Assembly: GCA_002299135.1 (NCBI GenBank)
Contig: DBNM01000122.1
Location: forward strand, 1-55,277
Origin: Candidatus Neomicrothrix sp. UBA672
GTDB taxonomy: Bacteria > Actinomycetota > Acidimicrobiia > Acidimicrobiales > MedAcidi-G1
Direction of reading: 5' to 3'
DNA length: 55,277 bases
Numbering within the stretch: the first letter of the stretch is position 1; the number at the start of each line of letters is the position of its first letter. A model generated the notes under the pieces. It ran no database searches, was not told where the DNA came from, and was given only the letters and a program-made list of their open reading frames with translations. Below, piece by piece: positions 25,853 to 35,364 of this stretch. The translations under genes and the position numbers were made by a program.

Positions 25853-27211
25853 ATGTCATCACCTATTTATATGCCGAAATTGGGTTTAACCATGACAGAA
25901 GGCACCTTGACGGAGTGGCTAGTCAATACAGGAGAGACCGTTACTAAAGGACAACCTGTTGCTTCAATAGAGACGGACAAAATAGAAACCGAGATAGAAG
26001 CTGAAGCTGAAGGACGCTTACATCAACTATGTAAATCTGGTGAAATTTTTGAATGTGGAGTGGTTTTGGGATGGGTCTTAGAAGAAGACGAAGAACCACC
26101 TGAGACACCAGAGATTCCAGAAGTTAAAAATGACCAGATAACAACTATCGAACAAAACGAAACCCCAGGAAAAGAAACTAAAACAAAGAGTGGTCGCATC
26201 GCAGCCTCCCCAGCTGCAAAACGACTCGCAAAAGAAAAAGGATTGGATCTTTCTACGATTTCTGGAAGCGGTCCCGGTGGAAGAATAGTAGTCGAGGATG
26301 TTGAAGCATTTGCAGTAAACACATCAAGCGACTCTATTCCAGGGACTCTCGACAGTAATGCCTCTCAAGCTGCAGTTAACGAAGCGCAAAAACTGGGAGT
26401 AGACCTAAGTGCGGTACAGGCATCTTCAACAGATAGGAAGATTAGAAAATCGGATGTCCAAGCACATATAAAGAACTCTTCAAGGTCTACATCAGAAAAA
26501 CAGGAAAGCTTTTTTTATGAACCTATCGGTGAAGGGGAAAGGGTTCAGTTGACAGGAATGCGGAAAGTCATAGCTAACCGAATGCATTCAAGTCTTCAAT
26601 CGATGGCACAACTAACTCTTCATATCGATGTTGAAATGGATAAAGCGATTTCTCTACGAAAAGAGATGGAAAGCGATGATGAATTACCAGGCTATACAGA
26701 TTTTGTTATTGCATCAGTAGCACGGGCTTTGAAAGAACACCCGCAAGTAAATTCTCAAATGCTTGAAAATGAAATCCTTCAGTTGAGTGAAATAAACATT
26801 GGTATGGCTGTCGCTTTGAGTGATGGGCTGGTTGTACCTGTTGTCAGAAATGCCGACCAACTTTCCCTAAATGAAATCGCTAAAAACACTTCTCGTCTAG
26901 CAGGTCAAGCTCGAGACGGAAAATTAGCTTTGGAGGATCTTGAAGGAGGAACTTTTTCTGTTTCCTCATTAGGGATGTTCGGAGTTGATGGTTTTACACC
27001 AGTCATAAATCCTCCTAATGCAGCGATTCTAGGTGTAGGTAGGATTCGTGAGGATATAGCTTGGGACGACCAGACCCCGCGAAAAACATCCCGAATGGTG
27101 ATAAGTCTCACTTGGGATCATCGTGTTTTGGACGGAGCTCCAGCAGCTGATTTTGCAAGCACGATAAAATCAGGTCTTGAAAATCCTGAGTCTCTTCTTA
27201 ACGTCAACTAG
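25853..27211 (+). CDS. acoC: Dihydrolipoamide acyltransferase E2
   Basis: Lipoyl ETDK, two peripheral-subunit-binding-like segments and catalytic DHRVLDG. Confidence 0.88.
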   Translation: MSSPIYMPKLGLTMTEGTLTEWLVNTGETVTKGQPVASIETDKIETEIEAEAEGRLHQLCKSGEIFECGVVLGWVLEEDEEPPETPEIPEVKNDQITTIEQNETPGKETKTKSGRIAASPAAKRLAKEKGLDLSTISGSGPGGRIVVEDVEAFAVNTSSDSIPGTLDSNASQAAVNEAQKLGVDLSAVQASSTDRKIRKSDVQAHIKNSSRSTSEKQESFFYEPIGEGERVQLTGMRKVIANRMHSSLQSMAQLTLHIDVEMDKAISLRKEMESDDELPGYTDFVIASVARALKEHPQVNSQMLENEILQLSEINIGMAVALSDGLVVPVVRNADQLSLNEIAKNTSRLAGQARDGKLALEDLEGGTFSVSSLGMFGVDGFTPVINPPNAAILGVGRIREDIAWDDQTPRKTSRMVISLTWDHRVLDGAPAADFASTIKSGLENPESLLNVN

Positions 27212-28118
27212 TCTCAGCCATATGAACGGCTATTTCACCTGCAACTTGCACATTATTTAATATCAGATCGACATTTGCTTCAAGAGTTAGTCCTCCACTT
27301 GCATTCGAGACTTTTGTTAATAGAAAAGGGGTAATGGCATTTCCTGTAATACCAGCCGAAACTGCTTCATCTAGACTTTCGTTTATAGCATCTTCAACAA
27401 TTTTTGTGTCTACGGATTTATCTTCTGGTATAGGAACAGCTACAAGTTGACCTGTGGTTAACCCAATCTCCCAATGTGTGTTTAACAGAAGAGCAACTTC
27501 TTTTGCTTCAGATGCGACAATTTTTAATTCTAAGTCTCTACCAGGTGTCCAGAATTCAGGAAAGATATTTGTTTTATAACCAATTATGGGTACGCCGAGC
27601 GTTTCCAAAGCTTCGAGTGTCTTTGGTATGTCAAGTATTGATTTAACACCTGCACAAACCACAGCAACAGGTATATCAGATAAAGCTTTAAGGTCAGCAG
27701 AGACATCGCCATCGGATCCGCGATGAACTCCACCAATCCCGCCAGTAGCGAAAACTTTAATGCCTGAAAGATAAGCAGCGAACATAGTAGATGCAACAGT
27801 GGTTGCACCTAATGACTTATTGGCAATTACTTCGCCTAAATTGTTGAAACTTGTTTTTGTAACTATGCCACTAGAACCCAAGAGTTCGATTTCTTCTCGA
27901 CTGACTCCTACGCGTATATAGCCATCGATTAAAGCGACAGTAGCTGGTACAACTTGAAAATCTCTCAATATCGATTCAGCTTTGAGAGCTACATCAACAT
28001 TTAACGGGGAAGGAAGTCCATGTGAGATCAGAGTCGACTCTAAAGCAACAACAGGTTTTTTCTCGTTTAAGGCGTCTTGAATTTCATCAGATATTTTTAA
28101 CATCGGTATTTCATTCAC
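27204..28118 (-). CDS. psuG: Pseudouridine-5'-phosphate glycosidase family protein
   Basis: VALESTLISHG, ATTVASTM, ATGGIGGVHRG, DVSADL, KSILD and TPFLL motifs. Confidence 0.9.
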   Translation of the reverse strand: MNEIPMLKISDEIQDALNEKKPVVALESTLISHGLPSPLNVDVALKAESILRDFQVVPATVALIDGYIRVGVSREEIELLGSSGIVTKTSFNNLGEVIANKSLGATTVASTMFAAYLSGIKVFATGGIGGVHRGSDGDVSADLKALSDIPVAVVCAGVKSILDIPKTLEALETLGVPIIGYKTNIFPEFWTPGRDLELKIVASEAKEVALLLNTHWEIGLTTGQLVAVPIPEDKSVDTKIVEDAINESLDEAVSAGITGNAITPFLLTKVSNASGGLTLEANVDLILNNVQVAGEIAVHMAETS

Positions 28119-28311
28119 GTATATATAACTACCTTAAAAATTCTTCTTTATTGCAAAAATAGTTATTAATAGAATGTTTTTAGAGTGACTTCAGATCCCT
28201 TTATGACCTTGAGTAAATTATTCGATGTTTGTTTATAGAATTGTTTGGATATTGGTAAATCTTGAGTGAAAACACACAGTTCAGTTTTCAAGAAATTTGA
28301 TGGAGAAAAAT

Positions 28312-29136
28312 ATGACAGATCTTGACCCATACTCTCTTGCTGAGGAGGCTTCAGCAGTTTTGATTGATAAAACGAGTATCGCCAATCATGATATTGCTTT
28401 GGTTCTTGGTTCCGGATGGGCTTCAGCGATCGATGAGATCGGAGATATTTCGGCCGAAGTTGAAATGGCAACTTTGCCTGGTTTTCCTGAACCGACTGTA
28501 TTGGGACATCGTAATTTAATCCGTTCTCTCAAAGTAAAAGATAAAAATGTGCTTGTTTTAGGTGGAAGAGCGCATTTATATGAAGGCCATCGAGTCGACA
28601 CGGTTGTTCATGGCGTTCGAGTAGCAGTAGCTTCAGGTTGCAAAACTATTATTTTGACCAATGCGGCAGGTGGACTGAATCCTGAATGGTCTGTCGGCCA
28701 GCCAGTACTTATTTCTGATCAATTGAACCTTATGGGTCAGTCGCCGATGGCAGGACCGGCTCCACCAGAAGGTAAGGCAATTCGTTTTGTTGACCTAACA
28801 GAAGCCTATTCAGCGCGACTGCGACAATTAGCTCAAGAAGTAGACCCAACCCTACCCCAGGGTGTTTATGCGGGTTTACTAGGAGGTGCTTTTGAAACCC
28901 CGGCTGAAATAAAGATGTTTGCAAAAATGGGAGCTGATCTAGTTGGAATGTCTACTGTCTTAGAAACTATTGCAGCGCGACATCTTGGGGCTGAGGTTTT
29001 AGGAATTTCTCTTGTGACAAATCAGGCAGCTGGTATGTCTGAAGAGAACCTTGATCATGAGGATGTACTTGAGGCAGCGGCAGCTGCAGGTCCGCGGATG
29101 TTCAGTCTACTTTCGGGGATTTTGGAACGTCTGTGA
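28312..29136 (+). CDS. punA: Purine-nucleoside phosphorylase (trimeric type)
   Basis: VLGSGW, GRAHLYEG, LTNAAGG, FETPAE, VGMSTVLE, VTNQAAG and HEDVL motifs. ATG at 28312 follows GGAG. Confidence 0.93.
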   Translation: MTDLDPYSLAEEASAVLIDKTSIANHDIALVLGSGWASAIDEIGDISAEVEMATLPGFPEPTVLGHRNLIRSLKVKDKNVLVLGGRAHLYEGHRVDTVVHGVRVAVASGCKTIILTNAAGGLNPEWSVGQPVLISDQLNLMGQSPMAGPAPPEGKAIRFVDLTEAYSARLRQLAQEVDPTLPQGVYAGLLGGAFETPAEIKMFAKMGADLVGMSTVLETIAARHLGAEVLGISLVTNQAAGMSEENLDHEDVLEAAAAAGPRMFSLLSGILERL

Positions 29137-30821
29137 CGAAAGAAGCCAACTTAGACGAAGCATTAGAAGTAGCTAACAAATGGCTGATCAACGATCCTGA
29201 CGAAACTACAAAAGTTGAAACCGAGAATCTTATTTCGCGCGGGGACATTGAATTTATTCAAAGATTTAGTAATTCTTTAGTCTTCGGCACTGCAGGTATA
29301 CGTGGTGCTAGGGGGGCCGGACCTATGAGAATGAACAGAGTCATGGTCAGGGTCGTAGCAACTGCAATAGCGCAAGAATTATTAAGTGATGATCAAGGAG
29401 ATGAACCCCCATTAGTAGTAGTTGGTTATGACGCGCGTTATAAGAGTCAGATTTTCGCTCAAGACTCCGTCAGGGTTTTGGCTGGACATGGAGTAAGAAG
29501 TTTAATTTTACCGAGACCTTTACCAACACCTGTTTTGGCTTACACCTCTTTATCTAAAAAAGCTAAAGCAGGAATAATGGTTACTGCTAGCCATAACCCA
29601 GCAGAAGATTCTGGGTACAAAGTTTATTGGGAAGACGGAGCTCAAATAGTAAACCCTGTCGACTTGAAGATAGCTAAAAGAATCGATTATAAAAATCCCC
29701 CCGCAAAGGAATCGTTAGCAGACTATGAAGATGCAGCGATTCTTAAGGGTGATGATGAGCTGATAAAAGAATATGTAGATTTTGCCTCTTCTTGTGTTTC
29801 ACCTGAAAGCAAACGTGAAATAAACCAGATCTATACACCTCTGCATGGAGTTGGTAAAGAAGTCTTCTTAGAGGTATTTGAAAAAGCAGGATTTAAAAAA
29901 CCAGCATTGGTTGAGAGCCAAGCAGAACCAGATCCGGATTTCCCAACTGTTGTATTCCCAAACCCAGAAGAAGAAGGGGCTTTAGACCTTGCTATTGAAC
30001 TTGCTGTTGAAAAAAACGCTGATCTGATAATTGCAAATGATCCCGATGCAGATCGACTGGCTGTCGTGGTTAGACATGAAAACAAATGGCGTTGCCTCAA
30101 TGGAAATGAAATAGGTGTTTTGTTGGCAGAACACATCCTAAGTAAGGGAAAAGGAGAAGAGAGACTTGTTGTCACAACAGTTGTTTCATCCGGCTTACTT
30201 TCTAAAATTGCAGATTTTCACAAAGTTAAATATGCGGAAACACTAACTGGATTTAAATGGATCGTCCGCCCAGGGATAGATGATAAAAGATTGAGGTTTG
30301 TTTTCGGCTATGAAGAAGCACTTGGTTTTGCATTAGGCGACTCAGTGCGAGACAAAGATGGTATTACTTCTGCTTTAGTTTTTGCAGAATTAGCAGCTGA
30401 ATTAAAAGCTGAAGACAAAACAGTAATTGATCTATTAGACGAATTATGGAACCTGCACGGTGTGCATAAAACAGCTTTGTTTACAAAAAGACTTGCCCCT
30501 GAAATAGACATTTCCGCAGACTTTATGTCTCCTTGGAGGGCCTCTCCGCCCGAACACATTGGTGAATTCGATGTTATCGAAGTAATTGATTTGTTAATTT
30601 CTGAGTCGGACTTGCCTCCAACAGATGCTCTTGTTATTAACCTTTCGAATGGTCGAATAGTCATCCGCCCCAGCGGAACTGAGCCAATGGTCAAGGTCTA
30701 TATTGAGGTCACAGAATCAGTTATTAACGACGATGTCAGGTCGGCTGAAAGGTCAGCAGACCATAAGATAGAAGACCTATTGCATGGAGTTAGCAGTTTG
30801 TTCCAAGTAGAGAAAGATTGA
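29133..30821 (+). CDS. Phosphosugar mutase (alpha-D-phosphohexomutase family), probably acting as phosphopentomutase
   Basis: FGTAGIRG, TASHNP, DPDADR, GYEEALG and RPSGTEP motifs. The role is inferred from its position between punA and deoC. Confidence 0.88.
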   Translation: MTKEANLDEALEVANKWLINDPDETTKVETENLISRGDIEFIQRFSNSLVFGTAGIRGARGAGPMRMNRVMVRVVATAIAQELLSDDQGDEPPLVVVGYDARYKSQIFAQDSVRVLAGHGVRSLILPRPLPTPVLAYTSLSKKAKAGIMVTASHNPAEDSGYKVYWEDGAQIVNPVDLKIAKRIDYKNPPAKESLADYEDAAILKGDDELIKEYVDFASSCVSPESKREINQIYTPLHGVGKEVFLEVFEKAGFKKPALVESQAEPDPDFPTVVFPNPEEEGALDLAIELAVEKNADLIIANDPDADRLAVVVRHENKWRCLNGNEIGVLLAEHILSKGKGEERLVVTTVVSSGLLSKIADFHKVKYAETLTGFKWIVRPGIDDKRLRFVFGYEEALGFALGDSVRDKDGITSALVFAELAAELKAEDKTVIDLLDELWNLHGVHKTALFTKRLAPEIDISADFMSPWRASPPEHIGEFDVIEVIDLLISESDLPPTDALVINLSNGRIVIRPSGTEPMVKVYIEVTESVINDDVRSAERSADHKIEDLLHGVSSLFQVEKD

Positions 30822-31750
30822 AAAGAATGTCTACTTCCAATATTACGTTTCGGAAAACCGGTTCTTCAATAAAAGTTACTCCAGTAGACGAAGTCTCTCT
30901 TGAAGCCAGAGCGGCATCTCTAGCAACTCGGTCAATAAAAACTGATAGTAAAAGAGCAGCTCTTCATCTTGCAATTCGTTGTATGGATCTGACAACTCTT
31001 GAAGGAGCAGATACTCCAGAAAAAGTTGCTTCATTGTGTCAAAAAGCTAAACGTCCTGATCCATCCAACCATGATGTTCCTTCTGTAGCTGCAGTATGCA
31101 TTTATCCAGAAATGGTTCATCATGCAGTGGAGGCCACCGAGGGTTCAAGCGTAAAGGTTGCAAGTGTCGCTGGTGCTTTTCCAAGTGGCCTATCAACTAT
31201 TGAAGCACGAACAGCTGATATAGCAGATGCTGTCAAAAGAGGAGCTGATGAAATAGATATAGTTTTAAATCGTTCAGCTTTTCTTGCTGGTGATGAACAA
31301 CGAGCATTTGAAGAGATTGTTGCTTCGAAAGATGCCTGTGGCAAAGCACATCTTAAAGTTATTTTAGAAGTAGGTGAACTGGGTAGCTATGACAAGATTC
31401 GGCAAGCCTCGATGCTTGCTATGACCGCTGGCGCCGATTTTATAAAAACTTCGACAGGAAAGATTTCTCAAGCATCAAGTTTGCCAAGAGTGTTATGCAT
31501 GGCAGAAGCAGTAAGGGATTTTGCCCAGCAAACGGATATTTCTGTAGGTATTAAAGCTGCGGGTGGAATTCGCACAGCGAAACAAGCTTGGCATTATCTT
31601 GTTGTGATTGGAGAAACACTGGGGACTGAATGGTTAAGTCCCGAAATGTTTCGTATTGGCGCCTCGAGCCTACTAAATGATGTGTTACTTCAATTAAAAC
31701 GTTTAGATTCAGGTAGCTATAGTGGCCCTGATTATGTAACGGTGGACTAA
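30818..31750 (+). CDS. deoC: Deoxyribose-phosphate aldolase
   Basis: DLTTLEGAD, AAVCIYP, GADEIDIV, KVILE, FIKTSTGK, KAAGGIR and FRIGASSLL motifs. Confidence 0.96.
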   Translation: MKRMSTSNITFRKTGSSIKVTPVDEVSLEARAASLATRSIKTDSKRAALHLAIRCMDLTTLEGADTPEKVASLCQKAKRPDPSNHDVPSVAAVCIYPEMVHHAVEATEGSSVKVASVAGAFPSGLSTIEARTADIADAVKRGADEIDIVLNRSAFLAGDEQRAFEEIVASKDACGKAHLKVILEVGELGSYDKIRQASMLAMTAGADFIKTSTGKISQASSLPRVLCMAEAVRDFAQQTDISVGIKAAGGIRTAKQAWHYLVVIGETLGTEWLSPEMFRIGASSLLNDVLLQLKRLDSGSYSGPDYVTVD

Positions 31751-33240
31751 TGGTTAATTCGAACTCTAAAGGTGGATCCAGTTTGGAAGATTTTGGGATC
31801 GAGTATGCGTCTGCGATTGAGTCAACGAGTCTTGTAAACATAAAAGATAAATACGGACTTTTCATCGACGGAAATTTTGTTGATTCTTCTTCAGGGAAAT
31901 CTTTCAAAACTTTAGATCCTTCAACAGAAAAGCCGTTGTCGGTTGTTGCGGAAGCTTCATCAGATGATGTTGACCGTGCTGTGCGCGCAGCGGGTGTTGC
32001 TTATGAAAAGTATTGGAAGAAAATGCCTGGAGCGGATAGAGCGAGATATTTGTTTCGGATAGCACGCCATCTTCAAGAAAGAGCACGAGAGTTTGCTGTT
32101 TTGGAAACCTTAGATGGAGGAAAACCTATAAAGGAAAGTCGAGATGTTGACCTTCCTTTAGCAGCTGCTCATTTTTTCTACCATGCTGGCTGGGCAGACA
32201 AATTGGAGTACGCATTTCCGCAAAGACAGTTAGAACCTCATGGTGTCGTAGGGCAAATTATTCCATGGAACTTTCCCTTATTGATGGCGGCATGGAAATT
32301 AGCTCCAGCATTGGCTTGTGGAAATACTGTTGTCTTAAAACCTGCAGAAACAACACCATTAACTGCATTGTTGTTAGCTGAAATAATAAGAGACGTGGAT
32401 TTACCTCCGGGTGTGGTGAATATTGTTACTGGAGCTGGGGAGACGGGTTCTGCGATCGTTGAACATCCAGAAGTTAACAAGCTTGCTTTCACAGGTTCCA
32501 CCGAGGTGGGTAAGTTAATTCAACGTTCGGCAATAAGGCGCAATTTGCCTTTGACATTGGAGCTCGGAGGTAAGGCTCCACATGTTATTTTTGAAGATGC
32601 AGCACTGGATCAAGCAATCGAAGGCGTTATCAATGGAATTTTCTTTAATCAAGGACACGTGTGTTGTGCTGGATCAAGGTTGCTGGTTCAAGAGTCTATT
32701 GCTGATAATTTTATAGATCGACTCCAGAAACGAATTGAGTTATTAAGGGTCGGAAACCCTCTTGACAAAAATACTGATATTGGCGCAATAAATTCACAAG
32801 CCCAATTGGAGAGGATAGATCAACTCGTCAAAGCAGGTATTGAAGAAGGGGCTGAGGTGTTTAAACCGTCGTGTTCTTTGCCTGAGAATGGATATTGGTA
32901 TCCTCCGACAGTTTTAACTGGAGTCCAACAAAGTCACCGTGTTGCTCGTGAAGAAATATTTGGACCTGTTCTAGTAGTGCAAACATTTCGAACCCCTGAA
33001 GAAGCTTTAGAAAAGGCAAACAATACTCCGTATGGTCTTTCCGCTGGTATATGGACCGAGAAAGGTTCTTTGATCCACTGGATGGCAGAGCGTTTGAGAG
33101 CGGGGGTTATTTGGGCTAATACATTTAACAAGTTTGATCCAACGAGTCCTTTTGGTGGTTATAAAGAAAGCGGTTTTGGACGTGAAGGTGGAATGCATGG
33201 TCTCGCTGCTTATTTAAAGAATAGTGGGGGGCGTTCATAG
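31750..33240 (+). CDS. Aldehyde dehydrogenase (probably acetaldehyde), catalytic chain
   Basis: IPWNFP, KPAETTP, FTGSTEVG, ELGGK, GHVCCAG (catalytic Cys), EEIFGP and GGYKESG motifs. Confidence 0.93.
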   Translation: MVNSNSKGGSSLEDFGIEYASAIESTSLVNIKDKYGLFIDGNFVDSSSGKSFKTLDPSTEKPLSVVAEASSDDVDRAVRAAGVAYEKYWKKMPGADRARYLFRIARHLQERAREFAVLETLDGGKPIKESRDVDLPLAAAHFFYHAGWADKLEYAFPQRQLEPHGVVGQIIPWNFPLLMAAWKLAPALACGNTVVLKPAETTPLTALLLAEIIRDVDLPPGVVNIVTGAGETGSAIVEHPEVNKLAFTGSTEVGKLIQRSAIRRNLPLTLELGGKAPHVIFEDAALDQAIEGVINGIFFNQGHVCCAGSRLLVQESIADNFIDRLQKRIELLRVGNPLDKNTDIGAINSQAQLERIDQLVKAGIEEGAEVFKPSCSLPENGYWYPPTVLTGVQQSHRVAREEIFGPVLVVQTFRTPEEALEKANNTPYGLSAGIWTEKGSLIHWMAERLRAGVIWANTFNKFDPTSPFGGYKESGFGREGGMHGLAAYLKNSGGRS

Positions 33241-34085
33241 TGACAGGAAAGATCCCTATTGCAAAGACTTATAAACTTTTTATCGATGGAGCTTTTCCTC
33301 GGTCAGAATCAGGTCGAACTTTTTCTGTAAATGACACTGAAGGTGAGCTAATAGCAAATGTTTCTCAGGCTTCCAGAAAAGATTTTCGTGAAGCAGTTCG
33401 TGCCGCTAGAGCAGCACAACTTCCTTGGGCTTCAAGGACTGCTTATAACAGAGGTCAGATTCTTTACCGTGTCGCTGAAATGCTGGAATCTAGAAAAACT
33501 GAATTTGTAGAGTTGCTCAAAAGCATTGGTGTGAACAGTAGATCAGCAACACGTGAAATTGAAGACTCCATACAGAGATGGGTGTGGTATGCGGGTTGGT
33601 CAGACAAGTACAGTCAGATATTGGGATCTGTCAATCCTGTATCAGGTCCCTATTTCAATTTTACTGTTCCTGAACCGACAGGAGTGGTCGGGATTATTGC
33701 TCCAACTGAACCCTCCATGCTGGGGTTGATCTCTAGGCTTGCACCGGCAATTGTTAGCGGAAACACGGTAGTAGTGGTTTCTGAAGGCCATAGCTCTCTG
33801 ACCTCTGTAACTATTGGTGAAGTGTTGGCTACTTCAGATGTGCCAGCGGGTGTAGTAAATATATTAACTGGGGATCAAACTGACCTGCTCCCATGGATGG
33901 TAGGACATTTGGATGTTAATGCAATTGATATCAGTGGAATTAGTCAGGAAACTGATCTGACTCTTATTGAAGAAGCTGCTTCAAATGTTAAGCGGGTGGT
34001 TTCACGGCAAGTAAATGAGGAAAGTCTAGAACTTCTTTCTGATTTTTTGGAGATGAAAACAGTATGGCATCCAATAGGGAGATAA
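33240..34085 (+). CDS. Aldehyde dehydrogenase-like partner chain lacking the catalytic domain (ALDH16 C-domain-like)
   Basis: KTYKLFIDGAFPRSESG, AYNRGQILYRVAE, EPTGVVG and C-terminal KTVWHPIG. No ELGGK or catalytic Cys; 281 aa. Confidence 0.85.
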   Translation: MTGKIPIAKTYKLFIDGAFPRSESGRTFSVNDTEGELIANVSQASRKDFREAVRAARAAQLPWASRTAYNRGQILYRVAEMLESRKTEFVELLKSIGVNSRSATREIEDSIQRWVWYAGWSDKYSQILGSVNPVSGPYFNFTVPEPTGVVGIIAPTEPSMLGLISRLAPAIVSGNTVVVVSEGHSSLTSVTIGEVLATSDVPAGVVNILTGDQTDLLPWMVGHLDVNAIDISGISQETDLTLIEEAASNVKRVVSRQVNEESLELLSDFLEMKTVWHPIGR

Positions 34086-34089
34086 TTTT

Positions 34090-35364
34090 TTAAATAGAGA
34101 TTTTGTCAAGAATGAGTGGTGAAACATCTGGTGCTGTGTCTGATATTTCGATTGCTCCTTCTAAAGCGTCGATAGCGGGACTAAAACATTTTTCTGTGTC
34201 GCCGTGAAGTTCTAGTACGGGTTCCCCTTCGTTTATGTAAGCACCTGGTTTAGCCATGCAAATTATTCCGGCAGTGGGACTTACTGGGTCTTCTTTTTTA
34301 GCTCGACCTGCGCCTAAGCGCCAAGCAGCCACACCTACTGAACGGCAGTCCAACTTACTTAAGTAACCAGTAGATGAAGCGTTAATAGTTTTTTTGTACT
34401 CTGCTATTGGAAGATCTTTTGATAAGTCGCCTCCTTGAGCTGAAACCATTTTTTCAAAAATTTCCCTTGGTTTTCCAGATGCAAGCACCTCACTGGGATT
34501 TAAATCTACGTTAGAGAGATCCAACATTTCTTGAGCTAAAGCCAGAGTGATTTCAATAAGATCTTTTGGTCCTTTTCCCTCTAGAACGTCAAGTGATTCT
34601 GAAACTTCTAAAGCGTTACCTACGTTATTTCCTAAGACGGTTTCCATCGAAGTAATTAAAGCAACGGTTTTGACCCCTGAATTTTCGCCAAGCTCAACCA
34701 TTGTTTTGGCTAATGTACGTGCTTGGTCAAAATCAACCATAAAAGCTCCTAATCCGGTTTTTACATCTAAGACGAGTGCTTCAGTGCCTTCTGCAATTTT
34801 TTTGGACATTATCGAGCTTGCGATAAGGGGGATTGAATCGACTGTATGGGTGACGTCTCTTAGAGCGTAAAGGCGTCTGTCTGCGGGATTAATATTTTCA
34901 TTTGCTGCGGCGATAATTCCGCCAATTTCACTTAGTTGCGCGAGCATCTTTTTTTCACTAAGAGAAGCAGTCCAACCTGGAATAGATTCCATTTTGTCTA
35001 GAGTTCCACCGCTATGGCCTAACCCTCGGCCAGAAAGTTGGGGAACCGCTAAACCACAACTTGCGATTAAAGGAACGAGGATGAGGGAAACTTTGTCGCC
35101 TACACCGCCAGTTGAGTGTTTATCAACAGTTTTTTTGCCTACGCCGCTTAGATCTAAAGTAATGCCTGAATTGACCATTGCTTTAGTCCAATGTGCCAAT
35201 TCTTCAGGTTCCATTCCATTGAAGAAGATTGACATTGCTAACGCTGCTGCTTGTTCGTCAGGTATGAGTTCACTTCCAGAAAAATTCTCTATAAACCAGT
35301 CGATTTGTTCTTTACTTAGAGTTCCACCGTCTCTTTTGGTTTGAATAATTCCGAGTGCGTCCAT
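34090..35364 (-). CDS. deoA: Thymidine / pyrimidine-nucleoside phosphorylase
   Basis: DKHSTGGVGDK, SGRGLGHSGGTLDK, LYALRDVT, SSIMSKK and LGAGR motifs. Confidence 0.95.
   Translation of the reverse strand: MDALGIIQTKRDGGTLSKEQIDWFIENFSGSELIPDEQAAALAMSIFFNGMEPEELAHWTKAMVNSGITLDLSGVGKKTVDKHSTGGVGDKVSLILVPLIASCGLAVPQLSGRGLGHSGGTLDKMESIPGWTASLSEKKMLAQLSEIGGIIAAANENINPADRRLYALRDVTHTVDSIPLIASSIMSKKIAEGTEALVLDVKTGLGAFMVDFDQARTLAKTMVELGENSGVKTVALITSMETVLGNNVGNALEVSESLDVLEGKGPKDLIEITLALAQEMLDLSNVDLNPSEVLASGKPREIFEKMVSAQGGDLSKDLPIAEYKKTINASSTGYLSKLDCRSVGVAAWRLGAGRAKKEDPVSPTAGIICMAKPGAYINEGEPVLELHGDTEKCFSPAIDALEGAIEISDTAPDVSPLILDKISI

Noticed and set aside
28119-28311. Riboswitch upstream of punA (TGAAAAC...GTTTTCA hairpin)
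   Set aside because: No purine-riboswitch core motifs. A single weak AT-rich hairpin is insufficient.
33240-34085. Short ALDH as a pseudogene fragment
   Set aside because: It is an intact, translationally coupled ORF with a proper KTVWHP terminus, which fits a non-catalytic partner domain.
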